Assembly (NCBI RefSeq): GCF_001194135.2
Contig: NC_068989.1
Coordinates: forward strand, 10,438,565-10,502,564
Reading direction: 5' to 3'
DNA length: 64,000 bases
Origin: Octopus bimaculoides
Lineage: Eukaryota
The notes beneath the pieces were generated by a model. It did not search any database and was not told the DNA's origin. It worked only from the letters and a program-made list of their open reading frames with translations. A program made the position numbers and the translations under genes. Below, piece by piece: positions 63,180 through 64,000 of this stretch (within the stretch, counting starts at the first letter, position 1; the number at the start of each line of letters is the position of its first letter).

Positions 63180-64000
63180 AGGGCAGTTAAGGTTAAGAGA
63201 CAGGCTTGAAAAGACAGGAAGGATGGTGGTGCTAGGGAGCACTACTTAATCACTAGATGGGCATCTAGTTGTTAGGTGTACTTGGCTAAAGGTTAGGCAG
63301 AAAAGAAGAGATTTTCTGATGTCCTGCAATGTGAGGATCAAAGGTGGGAAGTACTCAGGGTTGTAAGGCAGGATTGTGAGAGAGTACCAAGATGTCATAA
63401 GTGAGAAGGCTGTTTGAAATGATGACAGCAAGCTTGCTATTGATATGGAACAAAAGAAACTGGTGTGGAAATGCTATTATGAAAAGCTGCTGAACATGGA
63501 ACAAACAAGGATTACTCCATGCTGACAGAATAGAGGGACCAGTGATTCAAGTCGACAACAGCGTGGTAGATAGTGATTTAGGGTATGAAGAGAAGGTGGG
63601 GGAAGCTGGGGGTCCATCGATGACAGTTGCAGAGATACTTAAAAATATCTGGGAAGTATGATATAAGATTACTACCTGGATAGTTAATCAATTCATTCAG
63701 GAGCGTGTTGTACAGCAGTATCATTGTAGACTGCAGCATGGGCAAAGCTGATACTTTAGAGGGAAGCAACTGTAGGGTAATCAAACTTGGATCAAGTTAC
63801 GAAGGTCACAGAGAAAGTCATAGCCTAATTAATCTGTGATAGAGTAGACCTGGATGAGTTGCAGTTTGGTTTTGTCCCTGGAATATGCAATCTTCCTAGT
63901 GAGGCAATTACTGAAGAAATACCGAGCTAAGAGTAAACTGCAGTACTTGGCTTCTGTTGATTTGGAGAAAGCATTTGACAGGGTAGTATATTCAGTAATC
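63180..64000 (+). mobile_element. Decayed RTE LINE RT region in TPP2 intron 1, running off the window
   Basis: Frameshifted KAGGPS...QFGFVPG...LEKAFDRV motifs. Confidence 0.8.

Noticed and set aside
1-64000. CRISPR arrays, operons or prokaryotic defence systems
   Set aside because: This is eukaryotic intron-containing DNA, and no repeat-spacer array is visible.

Overview
AT-rich, repeat-dense eukaryotic scaffold with N gaps. The repeat families and gene content suggest an octopus or related cephalopod (inference). Four protein-coding genes can be reconstructed. (1) A FUT10/FUT11-type fucosyltransferase on the minus strand has five visible exons (6538-17765); a central exon is missing and probably lies in the gap at 8929-9545. 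(2) A spliced plus-strand gene (29240-42692, six coding exons, about 1338 aa) encodes a type II membrane protein with a putative SEA domain and a very large Ser/Thr/Asn-rich mucin-like region. (3) An intact, intronless RIOK1 kinase lies on the minus strand (46967-48601). (4) The first coding exon of TPP2 lies on the plus strand (60844-61005). Mobile DNA includes a decayed Penelope-like element, RTE LINE fragments, a DD37D Tc1/mariner remnant, Helitron/HINE-like elements, a Merlin-like MITE and several tRNA-derived SINE families. There is also a 722-bp TIR element with a decayed SAP plus partial SWIM reading frame, three degenerate hammerhead-ribozyme-like motifs and two near-perfect hairpins.
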